Below are positions 59,709 through 64,000 of a stretch of 64,000 nt of DNA, one piece after another. The stretch lies in contig SCQF01000046.1 of the NCBI GenBank assembly GCA_004321905.1, positions 25,614-89,613 of the forward strand, read 5' to 3'. A model generated the notes under the pieces. It ran no database searches. It was not told where the DNA came from and was given only the letters and a program-made list of their open reading frames with translations. A program made the translations under genes and the position numbers. This DNA is from Verrucomicrobiota bacterium (GTDB lineage: Bacteria; Verrucomicrobiota; Kiritimatiellia; CAIQIC01). Position 1 is the first letter of the stretch, and each line of letters begins with the position of its first letter.

Positions 59709-59980
59709 TAGGCTCCTCTTTTCTGTTTCTTGGTTATTTTCAAAAGCCAGGCAAAACATTCCTCAAGCACACTGGTATTCAGCGAATAGATGATAAATTG
59801 TCTATTTTTTTCGGGGAGAATCAACCCGGCTTGCTTGAGTAAATCCAGATGATGTGAAATCGTCGGCTTGCCGACAGTAAAGCCCTCGGCGATTTCGCCC
59901 GCCGTCATGTCTTTCGCACGTAATTGTTCAAGAATTGCGCGTCGCGTCGGGTCATTCAAGGCTTTGAATAGTTTGTCCAT
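59708..59980 (-). CDS. sdpR: ArsR family autorepressor SdpR
   Basis: FKALNDPTRR.IL..L...DMTAGEIA..F...KPTISHHL..LK.A.L. Confidence 0.92.
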   Translation of the reverse strand: MDKLFKALNDPTRRAILEQLRAKDMTAGEIAEGFTVGKPTISHHLDLLKQAGLILPEKNRQFIIYSLNTSVLEECFAWLLKITKKQKRGA

Positions 59981-59983
59981 AGC

Positions 59984-60011
59984 ATTTCGATATTTTGATA
60001 ATAATCGAAAT
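59984..60011. promoter_or_regulatory. Putative SdpR operator
   Basis: ATTTCGAT-N12-ATCGAAAT inverted repeat 3 nt upstream of the sdpR ATG. Confidence 0.7.
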
Positions 60012-60087
60012 ATAAATTAAATCAACACCCCATTAAAAGTCGGCCATGGGTTGGCACTTAACGCGATCTTGATCTATCTCCGCCATT

Positions 60088-62100
60088 CTACTCAGCATCT
60101 ACAAAATCCACTATCTCGACAGGGCATTCGGGGATGGCGGCCATGAATTTACGACCGTACCACTTAGTCAGAATCCGGTTATCCAGCACAACGATGATGC
60201 CGGTATCGGTGGCGGTGCGAATGAGGCGGCCCACACCTTGGCGGAATTTGAGGATCGCCTCCGGCAAGGAGTAGTCGCGGAAGGGATCTCCGCCGCGCTC
60301 CTTGATGCGATCCATGCGCGCCTTGGTCAGTGGTTGATCGGGCACGGCGAACGGTAAGCGCGTGATGATGACGTTGCTCAAGGCCTCGCCGCGGACATCC
60401 ACGCCCATCCAGAAGCTATCGAGGCCGAACAACACCGGTGCCTCCGCCGTACGGAATTTTTCGAGCATCGCGTGGCGCGGCAAGCCCTCGCCTTGCAGCA
60501 GGAAGGTGTAATCGGCGGCGGCAAAGTGATCGGCCACCAGTTCCGCGACACGGCGCATCAGGCCGGCAGCGGTGAACAGGACAAACGCGCGACCGTGCGT
60601 TTTGGCTACGAATTGCTCAATCGCCTTGGCGGCGGCGGGCGCGAATTGCTCGGTATCGTTCGGTTCCGGCAGACCCTTCACTAGATAGATCTGCATCTGG
60701 CGTTCGTAGTTGAAGGGTGAACCAAGCTGCAAGGCCTCGGCCTCTTCTGCGCCGATGCGCTGCTGGAAATACTCCAACTTATCCCCCACGGCCAAGGTGG
60801 CGCTGGTCATGATGACGCTATCGAGTTGCTTGAACAGAGTTTCCTGCAATACCGGACCGACTTCGATCGGCGCAGAATAGAGCACGATTTGTGCGCGGCG
60901 GCGACCTTCGCGTTCGACCCAATAGACTTGGTCGGGCAAGGATTGTTCCAGAAACGCTTCCAATGCCGCGCGTAGTTCGATGCCGCGCCGCCGCAAGGCG
61001 CGTAGCTCAAACTGCCACTCTTCGTTTTTCAGACCTTCGACGACTTCGGCGAGTTGTGCGGAAAGTTTCTCCATCAACTGCAACGCGTCGGTGGACACGT
61101 CGAGCCGCTTGGTCACCACCCGATGGCTCGCCTCGGCGGTGAAGTGCGCCCATTCGTTGATGTCGGCATAGAGCCGGTCCAGCGCGTCGCCCAGTTGCGT
61201 GACGGTAAGCGCGGCCTCGCGCGCTTTGACGAGGGCGAGCAGTCCTTTGCGTTCCTCCGGCAGATAGAGCCGCCGCAGCCAATGCTCAAAGCCATAGCGC
61301 GAGAGACGCAGACCAAGGTGATCGCCGGCGACGCTTTCGAGCATATGCGCTTCGTCGAGCACAGCCAGCTTGTAGTCCGGCAGAAAGGCTGCGCCTTGCG
61401 TGCGTAGCGCCATCTCGGAGAAAAACAAATGGTGATTCACCACCAGCATATGCGCTTCGCGAATACGGGCGCGGGCGTGCATCAGAAAACACTGCTTATA
61501 TTCAGGACAACGCGCACCGAGACAGTTGCCGTGTTCGCAGCAAACCAAGTCCCAGACTTCCGGCTTCGGCTGTTCTCGCATGTCCTGTAAACTGCCGTCT
61601 GCCGTGCGCGCAGCCCACGCCGCAATCTGCTCCAACTCGTCACTCATCCCAGTCTTGAATAATTCCTTGGTGTGCCCGCGCGCGCGCGCCAGCCGGCGCA
61701 GGCAAAGGTAGTTGCTCCGGCCTTTAACCAACACCGCCTTGAAGTCCACGCCGAGATGCTTTTGGAGGAACGGGATGTCCTTGCCCATCAACTGCTCTTG
61801 CAAGGCGATGGTGTAGGTGGAGACGATCACTTGGATATTGCGCGCCTGTGCGGCCAGCGCCAGCGGCACGAGATAGGCAAAGCTCTTGCCGACGCCCGTG
61901 CCAGCCTCCACCACCAAATGTTGTGCCTGGTCAAGCGCTTGGGCCACCGCCTGTGCCATCGCGCGCTGCTGCGGGCGCGGCTCATAAGGAAAGGGTTCGC
62001 CGGCCGTTCCGCGCTCCAAACCGCCGCCGGCTTTGAAAAATGCATCCGTGCGCGCGGCGAGGTTTGTGGTCTCGGGCTGAGTTGGTCGTGGCGCAATCAC
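60088..62100 (-). CDS. DinG/YoaA family Fe-S helicase
   Basis: EAGTGVGKS, KGRSNYLC, DEAH, SATL, SFWMGVDV.G and QGVGRLIR motifs. Confidence 0.93.
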   Translation of the reverse strand: MIAPRPTQPETTNLAARTDAFFKAGGGLERGTAGEPFPYEPRPQQRAMAQAVAQALDQAQHLVVEAGTGVGKSFAYLVPLALAAQARNIQVIVSTYTIALQEQLMGKDIPFLQKHLGVDFKAVLVKGRSNYLCLRRLARARGHTKELFKTGMSDELEQIAAWAARTADGSLQDMREQPKPEVWDLVCCEHGNCLGARCPEYKQCFLMHARARIREAHMLVVNHHLFFSEMALRTQGAAFLPDYKLAVLDEAHMLESVAGDHLGLRLSRYGFEHWLRRLYLPEERKGLLALVKAREAALTVTQLGDALDRLYADINEWAHFTAEASHRVVTKRLDVSTDALQLMEKLSAQLAEVVEGLKNEEWQFELRALRRRGIELRAALEAFLEQSLPDQVYWVEREGRRRAQIVLYSAPIEVGPVLQETLFKQLDSVIMTSATLAVGDKLEYFQQRIGAEEAEALQLGSPFNYERQMQIYLVKGLPEPNDTEQFAPAAAKAIEQFVAKTHGRAFVLFTAAGLMRRVAELVADHFAAADYTFLLQGEGLPRHAMLEKFRTAEAPVLFGLDSFWMGVDVRGEALSNVIITRLPFAVPDQPLTKARMDRIKERGGDPFRDYSLPEAILKFRQGVGRLIRTATDTGIIVVLDNRILTKWYGRKFMAAIPECPVEIVDFVDAE

Positions 62101-62161
62101 GCGGGCGGTTCTAACAGAAAGCGGCGCGCGGCAAAAGAAATCTCGCGCAAATTCTGAGAAT

Positions 62162-62236
62162 TGGAGCGAGCGAAGGGAGTTGAACCCTCGACATCGACCT
62201 TGGCAAGGTCGCGCTCTACCACTGAGCTACGCTCGC
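62162..62236 (-). tRNA. tRNA-Gly(GCC)
   Basis: GCGAGCGTAGCTCAG...TTGCCAA...CGCTCGCTCCA. Confidence 0.97.
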
Positions 62237-62290
62237 TTCGTGAAAGGCGGGGGAACTATGCCAATTTTTTTATCGGCTGCAAGCCTTCTT

Positions 62291-62337
62291 TTCCAGGGCT
62301 TGGAAAAAGTGATCGTTTCGTTTTCCAAGCCTTGGAA
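62291..62337. repeat. Palindrome doublet, intergenic
   Basis: Units at 62291 and 62323. Confidence 0.9.
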
Positions 62338-62338
62338 A

Positions 62339-64000
62339 TCAAGGCGTAGTTTGCGCGAGATGGTGCGCTTGTTCCAAGGTGACAAGGTCGGCCAGTATCC
62401 GCAATGTCTCGCTGAGCACGATGTCGTTCTTTTTGCGCTTCTCTTTGCCCACGGTGATCTCCTCGTCCTCCTGCTCTTGAAGGCGTTCGATCTCATGATC
62501 CTGCCGGGCTTCCATCAAGCGCGTTTGGAGATTGAGTGAAACTTCCTTTTCGTTGGCGTGTTGCGCGGCACGCTGGAGCAATTTGCGATGCACGGTGTAT
62601 TGCGGGTCCTGCGCCAAGCGCTGCGCAGAGTGCTGACGGAGTTCCGCCAGCAACGGTTGGAGCGTACGGTCGCGCGCGTAGCCGGCGGCATCCACCGTGC
62701 TCCACTGCAAAGCGTTGGGCAGAAATTCCTCACCCATCTCCATTGAGTCAAGGATGGAAGGCACCACGATATCCGGCACCACGCCCTTGAGCTGGGTCGA
62801 GCCGCCGGCGATGCGATAGAAGCTGGCGGTGGTCAGTTTGAGCGCGCCCAGTTTTTCACTGATCGGGAGCAAACTCTGCACCGTACCCTTGCCATGCGTC
62901 TTGGTGTCGCCCACGACCACCGCACGACCATAATCCTGCAACGCCGCCGCCAGAATCTCCGACGCGGAAGCACTCAGGCGATTGACGAGCACGACCAATG
63001 GCCCGGCGTAATCAATACCCGGATCGGAATCCACCAAAACCTGTACATCGTTTTGTTGGCGCACTTGGACGACCGGGCCGGAGCCGATGAATTCACCCGT
63101 CAACTCGACGGCCTCTTCCAGCGAGCCGCCGCCGTTGTTGCGCAGGTCCAGCACGACGCCATCCACATGTTGGGTGCTGAAGGTATTCAAGATCGCGCGC
63201 ACGTCATGCGCCACGCTGGTGGCATCATGCTTACCTTGTTGCTGACCTTTCATGTCGGCATAAAATTCCGGGATGGTGACCACGGCTAAACTTAGCTTGG
63301 CCCCGTTGGGCGCGGACTGGACGCGCACCTCTTCCTTGGCACGCTGTTCCTCCAGCTTGATTTCATCACGCACGAGGTCAATTTTATGCGTTTTGGTCAT
63401 GGAAAGATCGCTCTTGGGCACCACCGTCAAGACCACCTTCGTGCCTTTCTTGCCGCGAATCAGCCGTACGGTTTTATTGAGCGGCCAATGGAGCACATCC
63501 TGGGCGGGATTATCGCCCTGGGCCACGGCAATGATTTTATCGCCGGCTTTGAGGCGGCCATCCCGCTCCGCCGGCCCGCCCGGCGTGAGCCGCTCAATCA
63601 TCGCCGCACCGTCTTCCGGGCGGAGCAGCGCACCGATCCCCACCAACGAGAGGCGCATGCTAATATCAAAATCCTCCTCCGTCATAGGCGAGAAATATTC
63701 CGAGTGCGGGTCATAGGCCATGGTGAAAGCCATGAGGTAACGCTGGAGCACCCATTCCAGATCGCTGTCCTGCAACACAGTTAAAAACTGCTTGTAACGC
63801 TTGAGAATAAATTCACGTGGAGCCAGACTGGGGTCGGCACGCTCATCATCCTCGTCGCTTGCGACCTTTTTGTCGTCATGCTTTTTGATCCAACCCATCA
63901 AGCCTTTGCCTTTTTTCCCCTTGGCTTTTTCTGCGTCCGCCAGTTTCATGGCCACGACGCGTCCCACATATTCATTTTCGATTTTCCGCCGCCACAGCTC
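62339..64000 (-). CDS. prc: Tail-specific (C-terminal processing) protease, S41 family; 5' end outside the window
   Basis: YDPHSEY, PDZ domain, DLRNNGGG, SASASEI, GKGTVQ and GGSTQLKGV.PDI motifs. Confidence 0.95.
   Translation of the reverse strand, partial: ELWRRKIENEYVGRVVAMKLADAEKAKGKKGKGLMGWIKKHDDKKVASDEDDERADPSLAPREFILKRYKQFLTVLQDSDLEWVLQRYLMAFTMAYDPHSEYFSPMTEEDFDISMRLSLVGIGALLRPEDGAAMIERLTPGGPAERDGRLKAGDKIIAVAQGDNPAQDVLHWPLNKTVRLIRGKKGTKVVLTVVPKSDLSMTKTHKIDLVRDEIKLEEQRAKEEVRVQSAPNGAKLSLAVVTIPEFYADMKGQQQGKHDATSVAHDVRAILNTFSTQHVDGVVLDLRNNGGGSLEEAVELTGEFIGSGPVVQVRQQNDVQVLVDSDPGIDYAGPLVVLVNRLSASASEILAAALQDYGRAVVVGDTKTHGKGTVQSLLPISEKLGALKLTTASFYRIAGGSTQLKGVVPDIVVPSILDSMEMGEEFLPNALQWSTVDAAGYARDRTLQPLLAELRQHSAQRLAQDPQYTVHRKLLQRAAQHANEKEVSLNLQTRLMEARQDHEIERLQEQEDEEITVGKEKRKKNDIVLSETLRILADLVTLEQAHHLAQTTP

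Overview
High-GC bacterial chromosome segment, most likely PVC superphylum (Verrucomicrobiota/Kiritimatiellae-like; it carries the PVC 'small basic protein' signature gene). Core genes: the 3' end of a dcw cluster (murG-murC-ddl-ftsQ-ftsA-ftsZ), serC, an AddB/AddA-like helicase-nuclease pair, glgB, plsY-gpsA, purA-uppS-cdsA-rseP, ahcY, an amidase, dusB, lpxC-like, hemW, trmB, lpxI-(gnnA-like)-lpxB, dinG, prc, and five tRNAs. Accessory genes: a PAS hybrid kinase, a GH78 rhamnosidase, a GH-A clan glycosidase and sdpR/sdpI. The most unusual content is non-genic. (1) A 15-bp palindrome TTCCAA-N3-TTGGAA occurs at 21 loci. Sixteen are doublets with an almost invariant 32-bp period but unrelated spacers, and about half lie in frame inside protein genes. 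(2) Two tRNA genes each carry a minimal GIY-YIG nuclease gene followed by a duplicated tRNA 3' half with a CCCG...CGGGA junction hairpin and no integrase. (3) A four-helix-bundle gene is bracketed by inverted heptamer arrays, with an apparent empty copy in frame in addB. (4) There are GTAG-type REP/REPIN elements, some in frame, plus an isolated attC-like site and a duplicated purA promoter/leader region. All calls come from reading the sequence and recalled family motifs; no searches were run.
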